A stretch of 64,000 nt of DNA, filler included, from Sphacelaria rigidula (Eukaryota), in assembly GCA_964200075.2 (NCBI GenBank). It is 9 parts of 9 records of this genome, joined end to end, with 100 filler letters (N's around TTAATTAATTAA, not from the genome) between each part and the next. Parts side by side here need not be neighbours in the genome. Positions count along the whole stretch, not along the records: positions 28,501 to 35,525 come from CAXNAA020016899.1; positions 35,626 to 42,650 come from CAXNAA020016900.1; positions 42,751 to 49,774 come from CAXNAA020016901.1; 6 more parts are not named here. One strand, written 5' to 3'. Positions within the stretch are counted from its first letter, which is position 1, and every line of letters begins with the position of its first letter. The translations under genes were made by a program, and so were the position numbers. The notes under the pieces are model-generated. The model ran no database searches, was not told the DNA's origin, and saw only the letters and a program-made list of their open reading frames with translations. This document shows positions 35,201 through 47,659 of the stretch, piece by piece.

Positions 35201-36934
35201 CTGACGAACGGGGGAGGTGGGTGCCCAGGGAGAGAGGGGGTTGAAAGAGCCAACGGGTGTAGGTGGGGATGGCATGTAGAACAATCTGTCAGGGGTCGTT
35301 TGATGCACTAGGTTTCCACTACTCCTATCCTGAGGTCTCTCAAGAGCCACGATACTGCAGAAATTCTACTCGAGCCTTTCGGAGATGGTAGGTGCTTCCC
35401 GGCAGCACGCCCCAGTGAAGGTGAGGGCGATTAAAAAAAAAAAAAAAAAACGTAATTTTTTTTCCCCGTCGGAAAGGGGCAAAAAAAAGTCCCTTTTTTG
35501 TCTTAACTTTTTTTTTTTCTTCTGTNNNNNNNNNNNNNNNNNNNNNNNNNNNNNNNNNNNNNNNNNNNNTTAATTAATTAANNNNNNNNNNNNNNNNNNN
35601 NNNNNNNNNNNNNNNNNNNNNNNNNACTTCCAGACCCGCCGCGTTTCGGAATATGCATGCAGATCTGGGTTCCAAACTGTGCAAAACTACTTGTCGATAG
35701 GACCCGGGGCTGGTCGTTATGGCGCCAATCCCCTGTCAAAAGGGGGTTGTGAAAAAGGGGATTATCCCCTTCGTTAAGACGGGCCCTTATGGGGACCCTG
35801 CGCTCCAGTTCCGACCGATATAGTGTGCTAAACCACCAACTCATGTTTGTGCAAAATGTTCGTTTCCGGTACATACATCCTCCTCAGACGTTACAAGCTT
35901 TAATACAGTTATGGGTGTGGGGGGAGGGCTGGCACGGTTGTCGAAAACATGGCAGCGGGTGCAGCGATTGTAACAGATACAAAAAGAAGAGCAGTGCGAC
36001 TTTTTTTATCCTACATCTGCGCAGACGGTAAAGTTTGGTTTGTTTATTAACCAAAAACAACCCATCTGTACATACAAGAGCAGGTAGAATGCCCGCCTGC
36101 CAAGCGTGTACGATGAGTTGAAGGGCTGCTGGTGAGGTTCGTCTGTGTGTGTGTGTGTGTGTTGCTTGTAGTACTGTGCGTGTACATGTGGTGGTTGGGT
36201 CGCATTATGATGCTTCGTCTCTATTGAGGGTGGCGGGCGGATTCAAAAATGTGCTCGTTCTTAGACTGGCGGGTCTGCTCAAATGTGTTGTGGAACTGGT
36301 TCTAAGGTACAGGCAGGCTCTGCGAATCTACCTGTACTGGCAGATATACGCCGGCCGACCGACTGCGCACACGATGGTTTCAGAATTTTTGACGATGTGA
36401 CATGTTGACTCTTAGTCAACTCAGAGCCATTATTTCAATGAATAGATTATACTAGTCGCACATCAGTTGTAATGCATACAGCTTCCTAGCTTGTGCGTGG
36501 CTCAGTATAACCCGAAGGTACTCGCTTCATACCTTCCATGACTCCCGAGGTAAATAATGGGCACACAGTCAACCCTGCACTGAGAATTTGGATGCATCGA
36601 TTGTACATATCACGCACTTCTTATTATCGTGAGTCGGGAACGTCATTTACAACTTGCCTGACCAACTTGTTGAAGGTGAGCACCGGTACATTTTCCCCAT
36701 ATCTTCGGGCTAATGCGGGACTAACAATTTGTACAGGTTGACTCTTCACTTTCGATGGGCCCTGCCTGAACCACGCGTAATTTTCTCACAGCTGTAATGC
36801 GCGCAAGATGACTGTGGTGCATATGTGTTATCGACCCTCGACTCAGTGGGACCAGCGGTTCATATAGCATGACTGCTTGCGCGTCATGGCGAGTCGACTC
36901 GTATGAATCCTGATTTGTCCTAACCGTGAATTAG

Positions 36935-37792
36935 TGAATTAATCACGAAGAGGTTCACAACGTGCAGTCGGAACTGATACCGTACGGCCTTGTGCAAGTG
37001 ATGTCAAAATTGACAGCACGGCAAGAGTAGCAAGCGGTGCGCGTTGACCCCACGTTGACAAGATGTGCAGTCAAGCGCTATAGCAAGTTGCAAGTAGCAG
37101 GGTACGAATACACTTTACCGAGGGACACGCGGGGCAGAAGCTTTAGCGCTACTGACTACCTGGAGCGGTAGATTCGACTATAACTGTCCTGAAGGGGACG
37201 CAAAGGGGAAAAATGATCACAAAGCTGGAGTTACACAACTGGCAGCAGGGATACAAATCGATACAAGAAGAAAACGCAATAGCCAAAGAAGAAGTTCCTT
37301 AGTCAAACGCCAGTGTGATGAGGAGCAAGTGGTAGTATAGTCCAAGGACACAGCTTGCAACCCAAGGCACAAGCTTGGCAGGCAAGTGTACAACCGTCAG
37401 GCTGCTACAACTTGGAGATACCATGTGACCTGCTCAGCATCCAAATATCAGACGAGGTTTCACGCAAATAGGTTCTTCACTTCTCCTTGGTGATCTTGAT
37501 TCTAACTCCAGTACCCACTCAATCAATCCAACCCAATCCAATACGTCTCACCGATGGTTAGACTTCTTTTGCTGGAAAGCAGTAGAGGAGCAGTTGGTGG
37601 TGCGAAAGATGGGCGAGCTATATCGGTTTCAGCCGATCTGTCTCGCCATTTCTTACCAATATACAAGCTTATGTTCGTACCCGACCAACTCTGAACAGAC
37701 CTGCAATCTCGGCCACCGAAACTCAAGGAAGCAACTGTGGTGAGCTCAGATTTCAGTGGATCATTAGACGAGAACATAGCCGGTAAATAACA
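36935..37792 (+). mobile_element. LTR of the same family as 18655-19533
   Basis: Sequence similarity; ends AATAACA followed by gTGGTG (PBS-like). Confidence 0.55.
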
Positions 37793-37800
37793 GTGGTGTG

Positions 37801-40800
37801 TGAAAAAGGGGTGTTATCAGAGGTATACTGCAGTATGACTGCAGTACCCCACTGGGAAGGCTTTGACAGTTTGTACAGGGTTCACACAGACAGGTTTGAT
37901 GTTGACACAGACAGGGTGATGCAGGAGTACTACACAGACCGTGTTGATGTGGATGCAAGAGTGGCAAGAGTCTTGGAAGTATGCTTTAGCCAGAGGTGTC
38001 TTGATTGGATGCTTAAGGACGGTTGGGGGACGAATAGAGTAGCCAGGAGCTGTCGACATAGCGGATAAAATGTGACGACCAGGTGCGGTGCATCTTCTCG
38101 TGGTGTTTTGGAGTGGGTCGTGCAGAGCTTTGGGCACGCCCCACCCCCTTTCAGTTCTCACCATCCCCACAACAACTGGGTTTTGGTTTCCTGCAAGAAT
38201 ACTAGGCGCTGCTAAAAGATATATAAACCTCTACACGGCTCAAGTTTTGGCTACTTTCCTCCTGCAACTACACCCATCTACAACGAGATATCCTCGGCTG
38301 CCACCACTGTAGCTCTCCTCAGCTCCGAGTGTTAGTCTCACATCAGAAACACAGACACAAGAATCTACACGTGAGAAGCAGGAACCTCCGTGTCTCAAGA
38401 GCGGAATTCAGGTTCCTTTGAGTGGTGTCGACGACTGGCCTGCTGTGCTTCTGCTTGGGGATTCCGGCTGTATGCTCGAGAATTTTTTGGTCATGTCAGG
38501 TGCGAAGGGCACTCGTGGTAAGGGTGGGGGGAGAGGTCCGGTTACGCGGTCCCAGCGGTCGGCTGCGGCCCCGCGTCTGGCCATGCCTCCGAATCCGGAA
38601 ACAGCGCACGCGGCGCGTGCTGCGGATAGTGAGTCTGGCTCTGATTCGTCTATTCGTAGTGCCCATGCTGTTCGTTCGATGGCTCGGTCGGAAATTTGGT
38701 CCCCCAAGAGTAATATCCTCTCTGCACATGTTGGTGAGAACTCCCCTCTGTCGTCAGAGGGTAAGGCGGGTGCGTCGAGGTCGACCCCGCTAGGTGAGAG
38801 TATGATTGGTAAGGTTCAAGGGGGTAATGTTATGGTTAGTACGGGTGGGGGGAGGGCAGTTTCGGCCCCCGAATCCCCGGAAAAGGGTAGAGAGGTTGTG
38901 GTACGTGAGGTTGATCCCGGCTCCCCGCATGAGGGCTTGCCGGTAGTTGGTGGGGGTTGCGGCTGGTGTATCAATGACGATTCGATCGCCGACCGACGGC
39001 GACGGTTTGATCCCAAAATTTTGGCACAGTTAGATGGGGAATCTAGCTCCGCCTGGTTGAGGAGTAACGGTCGAGCGGCGGTGGCACTTCCGCCGATTCG
39101 TAGTTTAAGTGCGACCTCGGTATCCGGTGAGGTCCTCCAGTGTGATGTATGTGGGGGTGGAGATGCCCGTCGCCGTGATGATAGCGACGGTGCTGAGGGT
39201 GACGGCGTTGAGAGAGGCCATGATGGGCGGTCGCGGCGGGGCAACAGTCCTCACAGTGTGTCGTTGAACCCCCCGCGTGAAAAGTGTTTGGCTATTCCCG
39301 CAGACGCTGCGAGACGGTGGACCCGTTCGGCACGACATACTGCCGATGCTTTTGAGGTACGTGTACCGGCTGCAGCTGGGGCGGCAGATCCCATTCGGGG
39401 CTGCGGCGAACCTCCGGAGGGGGAGATGCCGTTAGCGCGGTTGTCGGAGCCGCATATCGTGTTCTGCCGCGAACAGTGCCCACAGGTGCGGTCGACGCGC
39501 GGGTTCATGCGCGCGCTTCACGCGCTGAAAGCGAGTAGCCGGCCAGGTTGTGGACAAGACGGGTTTTCGAGGCGCGATCATCAAACGTGCGTGAAGTCCT
39601 GCGTTCTAAACGTGCCGAGTATTGTTATGCGAATTGCGGATTTGATGTCAACTGTGACTCGTTTACTGGCAGAGGGTGCATCGGGATCGGATACCCTAGC
39701 GTACTTGGTGCAGGTTATAACTATGGAACTTAGTCCCCTCACTCTGGATGCCGTTTACGAGAGTGGGTTAATATCCGAACGTTCGAGGGAACAGTTTTTG
39801 CGGACTATTTGCGAAATTTCCACATTTGGGTGATAATTATTCAATGGTTGGGTGCCGAGATGGCCCCGGATCAACAGTACGTAAAGTCGGCAATGAAAAC
39901 GGCCATACAGGAGCAGTTCCCCGGGATTAGAGGTCACGTCTTTGCGGGGCGCGATTACTGTGCGACGCCGTTCGACTCCCACGAGTCGCTGATGGGCAAG
40001 TGGGACCAGTTCAGATTTAACACGATGTGGGCGCACGCGCCGCGACTCGTGCAGGGTACTGGAGGGGGGGCGGCGCGGAGCCGTTATCCGCCGAAGTCAG
40101 GTCAGGGTAGGACTTTTGGTGGGACCATGATTAGCATCACGGACATGCGCGATTTCCCCTGCGAGGATCGGGAAATGGAATATGTGTTTATGGTGGGGCG
40201 GGCTAATTCGGACAGGTTCGGCAAAAACAGGGACCCTCTGTTATATGAGCCTTTCCCAACCCGCGAGCTGAAGAACAAAGCACGGGAAGCATTCGGGCCG
40301 TATTGTCTCAACTGCGGCAGCGCCGACCACATTTTGGCTCGTGAGTGTCCGAAGGAGTATATTAGTAAATCGGGTTTGATACATCACTCGATGGGAGAGG
40401 GGACGCCGGAGGAAGTCCGCCAGAAGTGGGTGCGGTGACAGCGCCGCCTGCGCCCTTACTTTATCGACAATTACCCTCAAAAGAAATGAGGGCGTGACGG
40501 TAAAGTTCTGGCCACTTTACCGGCAGCACAAGGGTCAGTGCAACATGATGCTCGCAGGGCTCAAAACGTTCGGTCGCCGGTGTCATTGGGTCCACAGCAG
40601 GCCGAGCCTGCCGTATGTGGCGAAATTTCTGTCATCTCCCGTCGGCACAGCGAGGACAATGGCAAGGAGGCAGGGTACCGTCTGCTCGGGGGTGTCGGTG
40701 AAGGTGCGGGGGGAGGTTCTATGTTGAAGGTAGCCGCGGGGTCTGATCAACTTTTGAGGGATACTTGCGAGACGGTGGCAGCCCCGGCACTTTATGCGAA

Positions 40801-42650
40801 GTCTACCGCGCGCCGGTCTCGCGGGGTGGAAATTGACCGACGGGGAGGGGACAGGTCCCGGGGTAGCGCCCCGGGTGGTCTCTCTCCCCACAGTGGTGAG
40901 GGTGCGCGGGCGCAAGGGCCACTGGTGCAGGCCTGCTGTCGCGGTGAGCGTTGCTTACGTCCGACAGACGCTAGGGTCAAGGACGGTCCTGGTGTAACGG
41001 TACCGTCGCATGATTTGGAGAGCCCAACCGGTGAATTTGTCGCGGGTGAGGGAAGCATTTCGCGTCACGGTGCTCGGGACTCAAGACGTTCTCGGCGCCG
41101 TTATCCTCAGAAGGGGGCGGTTTCATGTGCTACCAAGTGGGGGCCTGCTCTCCCTGGCTCCGGGCCAGCCGGGGGCGGCCCAGGCTTTGACCGACCATCC
41201 TTGCGGAGGATCTCGGTGGAAAGGCCAACCAGTCTTTACACAATTTCGGAGTAGGTCACTTCGGGGACCACTGCGGGCTCGGTGCCTGGCAATATGGTTG
41301 ATTTATCCAACCACGTGAAACCGTTTAGTCCCTCCCGTTGCACAGGTACAGCCGAGGCGGGTCACCTTGCACGATCTGTGGCTGGAGTATCGGACGAAGG
41401 TAGTCCGATTTGCGTGGAAGAGCATATTTATGTTCTAGACCCGTCGGGAAATCGTTTGAATAGTATAGATCCACCACCTCGTACTCCCGATCCCATCCCC
41501 TGTCAGGTACCGCGCGGGCGGCAAGGGACGTTCTTACCGGAAATAGGGGATGTCTCCGGTGGATATGTATCCATCGACCGCGCTCGGAACACGGCTGGGG
41601 TGAGGGTGTTTGGCGGGCCTAAGGCGACCCGCATGTGGGATTGCTCGGCTTTGCTCGACAATGGGAATCCGGCGACATTTATCCTAGAGAAGGTATGGTT
41701 GTTCATGGTTGTGTACGGGGCTGGATCTGGTGACGCGATGCGGGAGATTGATCCCGTGTCGTGGGGCGGGTTCAATGGGGTGCCTCTGAGAACATGCTCA
41801 CAGGTGCGTTTGAATATCCGTTTTGTGGACGGCTCACGCAAAGGTCGGACAACAGGCACGAGTGCATGTTTCGCGATTTACGCACATGTTGTCCCGGAGG
41901 GTACTATGTCGTTTGATTTGCTGCTGGGTTGCGATGGGTTGGCTCAGTTCCCGGTGCGCTCGTATCGTGATGTTAGTGATGAGAAAACTATCATGTCGCT
42001 CGCAAGACCCGCTATGGCTGTTGGACCCACCCCGTTTGATCGCTGAATCCAAAACGCGTGGGCATGATTGAACAGTCGACGATGTCTGATGAGGAGGTTG
42101 TCGTGGTTTTTTCAGGGAAATCTGAGTTGGCGATAACGCAGGAGTTGACGTGGGTACCCGTCACACTGCCTTCGACGGGGGGGGGGGCTGCCCCGGACGG
42201 TAATTATTGTGTGTATTTCGAGGCGGGGTGGTCCCCGTCAGAAATGGTTGTGGAGGCGGGGGATTCAGTTATTCCTTTGCGATTTACAGACGTGGAGTGT
42301 GCGTTGGTCTTACTGGGGATGAAGTTCGGGTCAGCAGGGCACCCGTTGGTACCTTGCTCCCTAAATGATGCGAAAATTTCCAGGTTGCCGGACCCGGCTT
42401 CGACTGCCGTTTTTGCGGTTGATCCGGTACTGCCAGAGCCGCTGGAGGCTATGTTCGATGATCTATGTGCGGAGAAACGTGCCGCGTTCCGTCGATTGTG
42501 AGGTCGTATCCCTCCTCACTTACATAGCATCACTTTCGATTTACAGGACAAGTACTGGCAGGTGGATGATATTGATAAGTTAACAGCAAATTGTGCGAAT
42601 TGAGGTTTAACTCTGAGATGAGGCTCAAGTGGGCAACCCGACTTGCGACC
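37801..42650 (+). mobile_element. Degenerate LTR retrotransposon (probably Gypsy): 5' LTR ~37801-38410, broken gag-protease
   Basis: TGAA...TTCA LTR candidate; frameshifted ORFs 38418-39833 and 39809-40438 (knuckle CLNCGSADHILAREC), 41282-42046 (protease-like ALLDNGNPATFI ... DLLLG), 42058-42501; cut at gap before RT. Confidence 0.7.
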
Positions 42651-43225
42651 NNNNNNNNNNNNNNNNNNNNNNNNNNNNNNNNNNNNNNNNNNNNTTAATT
42701 AATTAANNNNNNNNNNNNNNNNNNNNNNNNNNNNNNNNNNNNNNNNNNNNGAAATTTCAGCTCAAGACTCGTCGAATTAGGCCGTGCGTTCGACATTTTC
42801 CGTGACGCTGCTGCACCCCACTAATACCTAGTGCGGGATGATTGCTGACGTGAAGCCGCCGCATTACAAAAAACAAAACGCACTCCGACACGCGATCGCT
42901 CAACGATATCAGACCCACCCTGTACTCTATGCAGTACAATAATGTCATCGGCAATACGACGCCAATCGTACAGCGACGCCGTCCTTTGTCATCAGGTGGA
43001 TCAGTAGTTCACTGTGATATGCTTACATCGGGTCCATTCGGGAAACTGGGGAAGCTGTGGGGTGAGCAACTTTTAGCAGCTCTTAAGCTGGCCCAGCTCG
43101 TATGGTATGTGAATCTACTTCCTTGGTTCGGTAGAAGCATATTTACGAACGAACTTGAGCAACATGTGCGCCTCCTTGCATAATTGCATCACGTTGTGCG
43201 TGGAGCAGCGGCAGCTATATCGTAC

Positions 43226-46200
43226 CTGCTGCGTCACCCGCCACGCAAAACGACTCGGTCTCGTCCAGCCCAAAGCTGCTGGACACGCAGCCATCGGAAG
43301 AGTCTGCTTCCCAGAAGAGGTACGGGTACTCCCTGCCGGTGCTCAGATCTTGGAGAGAGCCATCGGGACTGGCGTGAACGCTCCACTCGTCCTGCTGGCC
43401 GCCAGCCACGACGTCCTGGAACTCATCAAGTGAAACATCGAGCAAGGTGTTGAGGGCTTTGTTCTCACATATATATATTTTCATGTGGAAGTCGTGAGAC
43501 TCCCGGTGACGGTAGAGACCGTCGAAGGTGGCCGATGATTTCCCTCGAGTTATGTAGTCAAGGACTGACCGTAAGTCGTGGAGTTGAGGCAAAGTGGATC
43601 ACTCGGGAAAGTTCGACGAGCGCGAGCGAGTTAGCCCGATGACGAAGTCTGAGAGTCTTGGTCAAGAGTGATCCCCAGGGATAGCCAGCAGTTCGCTGGG
43701 AAGATCCCTGTTACCTTGGGGTCCCAGATCCGGCTGTACAGATATGGAAGTTTCGGGGCTCCTGCGAACTTACCCCTGTAACAACAGCCGTTCACTAGGT
43801 TGCACGTCATAAAAGGAAATCTCTCCGCACATGCCCAAATGGCGATCTCCACATTCATGTACATACCTATATATCTAGCTAGTCACCGATGGCTTGGTCA
43901 ACGTGAGACGACGAAAGGCGTGGCTTCGACGGTGCGAGGGAAGTCAAGGGTTGAGGGTTGCTCAACGCAGGCATCGACAAACAAGCGTCAGGAGGGTTGC
44001 TGTTGCGCTACCGGCAACGCGGTAAATATGAAGCCAAAGCAGGGGGCTTACCTTGGGGTCTGAGGCATTTTGCCGCAGCTTGCTTGGAAGTTCTGGATAC
44101 AGTGCAGAGAGGCTCCAGAGCGGGCTCAGCTTCAGCGCCACTGTGGCATCCAGGGGGGCTGACGGGTACAAAAGGATCACGGATTTGCCCCCGGTCAACC
44201 TCAGAACCAGATGGAGGAAGCTCCCTGACCGAATGTTGTAGTCTCTCACCGTGTCGCCGCACTCTAGTTGTTTTCCAGCGAAGATCAACCGCTGCAGGGA
44301 AGGACGGATTCCAGTCTGGTCTTGAATCCTTAGCTTCATTTCAAACACTGTGTTGTCGGGGTCAACATGTATTGCTGACGGTGTACCGGTGAGCGTTTTG
44401 AGAAATATTTCCATGCTGCGATCAACCATGCTATGATCAACCGCGCGACGCCTGAAGATCAGGTGGAGGGTGCACCCACCATAAATGTTGCAGTCTCTCG
44501 CCGTCCTGTTATCCTCTAGCACACGACCAGCGAAGATCAAACTCTGCTCGTCAGTATGGATTCCTTCCCGCTTTTGAACCATCGCCTTGATTTCGGAAAT
44601 TGTGTTATCGGCATCAACACTCATTACAACGTCATCTCCGGTGAGCATCTTGGTAGCAACTCGTATGCTACGATAAACCGGCACCCTACCACTACCCCAC
44701 ACCGCACCGCACACTGCGGACGGCGGCTTGTTGCATTCATCGAGAGTGGCCTCGAGATCTGCTCCAGCCGGTTGGGACGCGGGGTTCATCCAACTCGATG
44801 ACGCGTCAACGCCGCCACCAACCGCAGGTGGTGCTGTACTCACGCCTTTTACCCCAGTTTGCTTGGCACCTAATGACAACGTGGCATCAACGGCGGCACC
44901 ACTGTGATGGCGAGGGTCTCCAACACACGATACCACACTCGCCAGCGTCCGAACTACGGGTCCAAATCCCTCGGGGCGCTTCGCAGGGTCTTGGCTCCAG
45001 CATTGCTTCATCAGAGGAACAACATCGGGCGAAGCAGACGCCCATTCTGGAATTTGAGGTCGCTCTCCTCTACAGAGTACCGCTCCGATAACCTGGGCAG
45101 GTCTCTTTCCCTTAAACGGCTCTGTCCGGGTGGCCACCTCGAAGCATAGGACACCAAAGCTGGTTGGGCGCAACACATGGGGGTAAGAGGACAGTGCTTG
45201 CGGAAAATGTTTGCGATAGGAAGCCAGCCACATAGGGAAAGGGGGCCAATAACTTGCGTTCTCACCGCAATGCGAATGTGAGCGAACACCCCCACGCGAG
45301 CAACCATTACTCCATTGAATATCCCGGATACTTCACCTGTACACATCCGTTAGCTCATTCGCGGGGCTATCGTCCATCTCCTCTGGAGACATCCATTGAG
45401 TGGTCCCTACAGCCCCTCGTATCGACCTGCTTGAGAGGTCGGTTTTGGTCTTGGATAATCCGAAGTCACAAAGCTTGAGGCGGCCATTGGCGAACATGAG
45501 AACGTTCGCAGATTTGAGGTCGCGATGCAGAATACCGTTGACGTGTAAGAATGACATGCCTCTCGCAACGTCGTATAGTAGCGCCGTCTGCAGCCCATGT
45601 GTGAGCGGCTCGCTTGTTGAGTGTAGGTACTGCTGCAGCGAGCCCCCGCTAGCGAGCTCGACGACCAGGCAAAGATGAGGGAGTATGGTCGAAGCCGCGT
45701 ACAGCGGGGTGACGAAATCGTGCTGCAGACTGGAATGGAGGCGAATCTCCTCCCTGAGGGCGCGGATATGGTGGCGCTGAAGGCCGCTCGATAGAAGTTT
45801 CTTCACCGCTACGTCCGCCCCGTTCCACTTTGCCGTACGCACTTCGCCAAACCCCCCGGACCCTAGCAGAGTGCTATCCTCGAAATCCAGGTCTTCGATA
45901 TAGTTGATTTCTTCCCATTCATTTAGCTCCCTTATTACCGACCGCTCGTCTTTTCGGAGTTTCTAGGTAATGAGATACAGCAGCATATGCCAAGAAAAAA
46001 AATGTTTACATATCAGATGATTTGTCACCCATTGCAGCATTCTCGGCTACCACTTGTGACGTACCGAGGTGGAACGCAGCATCAAGTTGTTCGATGTCTG
46101 CACTTCGCGTACCGCCAAATGTTTGTCCGATGCGAGACACAATAACCCAGTCGCCAATAAATGGTGAAAAACATCTCCTACTCGTCATATCAGTTCCGGG

Positions 46201-46786
46201 TGCTGGCGATGAAATGGGACAGGGACCAAAAGCGGCTGAGGAATGTCGAGGATGGCGATCGCGGCAAAGCCGCTACGTTACCTGAACGTCAGAAACTCAC
46301 CTCCAAGGCAGACAAAAGCCTTTGTTGTAAATGCGAGCCCTCTATGTCGCCGTCGATGGGGTGGCGCCTCATTCTTTCCGTGACGACTATCATGTTTTCG
46401 AGATCTTCCAGGCGGTCCGATACATTTTCTTTCGCCCACACGTCCACTTCGACGTCCCGGAGCACCTGCTGCATCCTTTCGGCGAGGATGTGGCCGAGAT
46501 ACGTGAATTCAGCGGCATTCGTTCTCTGAATCAGGGCGCGGTCGATTTCTCGCATTTGTACGTGCTTGTCCAAGAAGTATCGGATTCGCTCCACGGTGCC
46601 TAAAAGCTGGCGAAGTGACTCGGAAGGAGACAGTCTGACGCCTTGTTTGACGACGAGCACGCGAGGCTCGATAGCTGCCACTCTCTTGAACAGCCGGCAC
46701 GCTTGATGATCGTCCTCTTTGATGCCTTCCGCGACATCATGGATATCGGCCAATACGCGAAGAATGTCTGCCGCGACTTCCGCCAT
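43226..46786 (-). CDS. MLKL-NTD-like helical domain + TKL protein kinase + 2 ubiquitin-like domains + uncharacterised YLFWE domain; exons 46786-46301, 45962-45337, 45159-44052, 43415-43226; 3' end not found
   Basis: ATG at 46786 ([36 protein letters not shown]...); kinase [38 protein letters not shown]; Ubl1 ~44669-44440; Ubl2 44414-44187 ending LRLTGG; then KSVILLYP...[11 protein letters not shown]...[13 protein letters not shown] junctions in phase, no internal stops. Confidence 0.9.
43484..43853. mobile_element. Solo LTR (370 bp) in an intron of the kinase-ubiquitin gene
   Basis: TGTGGA...TCCACA termini with 4-bp TSD TTCA on both sides. Confidence 0.7.
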
Positions 46787-47659
46787 TGATCCCGCGGTGA
46801 GGGTAGGGAGCAGGGAGCAGCGTCCTTTCTGTTCAGGCCGTTGAAAGGAAGATAATCGAGTTTGGCGGGATGTCTTGAAATCAAATGACAATGGGGGTGC
46901 CCCAACGATTAGAAACGCCGGTGTTGTCGGCATGGAAGCGGCCTGGACCATGCCGCTGCCCAGCTTCATAATAATATATATCGACTCTGGTGAACAACAG
47001 TAGTTACCTACTGCTGCTGAAGTGCGCACTTATATCTACAACCACCTCCATGCCATGGACGGTCAAGCAGCCCAACACGCCGGAGTATTGGCGCGAGCTA
47101 CATATCGATTGAGGAATTCCTGATTAACGGTATGCTTTGGACGCAGTCGCGGTGCACCGTATGCCGTGTTGTACGATATCAGCAGCATAAAGTCATCACG
47201 GGGCCGCAGACCGTGTAGCTTGCTGAGACATGTACACTGACTTCGGTGAGAAAAAAACGATAATCTTTTGCACCGTATAGCTGTCAGACCTCGCACTGGG
47301 ATACGATCATTTGTAAAACCATCTCGTTTTTATTTTTCGAAGACTTTTCGCCGGTAATGATCATCGACCGTAAAATCATTTCCGAGGTATTCAGCGACCA
47401 CGGTAATGGTACAACTCTTTTTTGTTTTACTCCAGCGTGTGGGATGCCGTCCTGATAACGATCATATTTTAGAATAACGCAAACAACATCCAACACCGTT
47501 CGTGGATATGAAACACCAAATGAAAATATCCTCCGGACGGCAAACAGACATTCGGAGCCACAAGACGATGACCAAACGCAAAGCTACGCCCAGCAACGTC
47601 AAGTGCTTCATCGCCAGGCCAAACCCGTGAAAGAGCACGTTTCCCTCAAACTACGGTAT

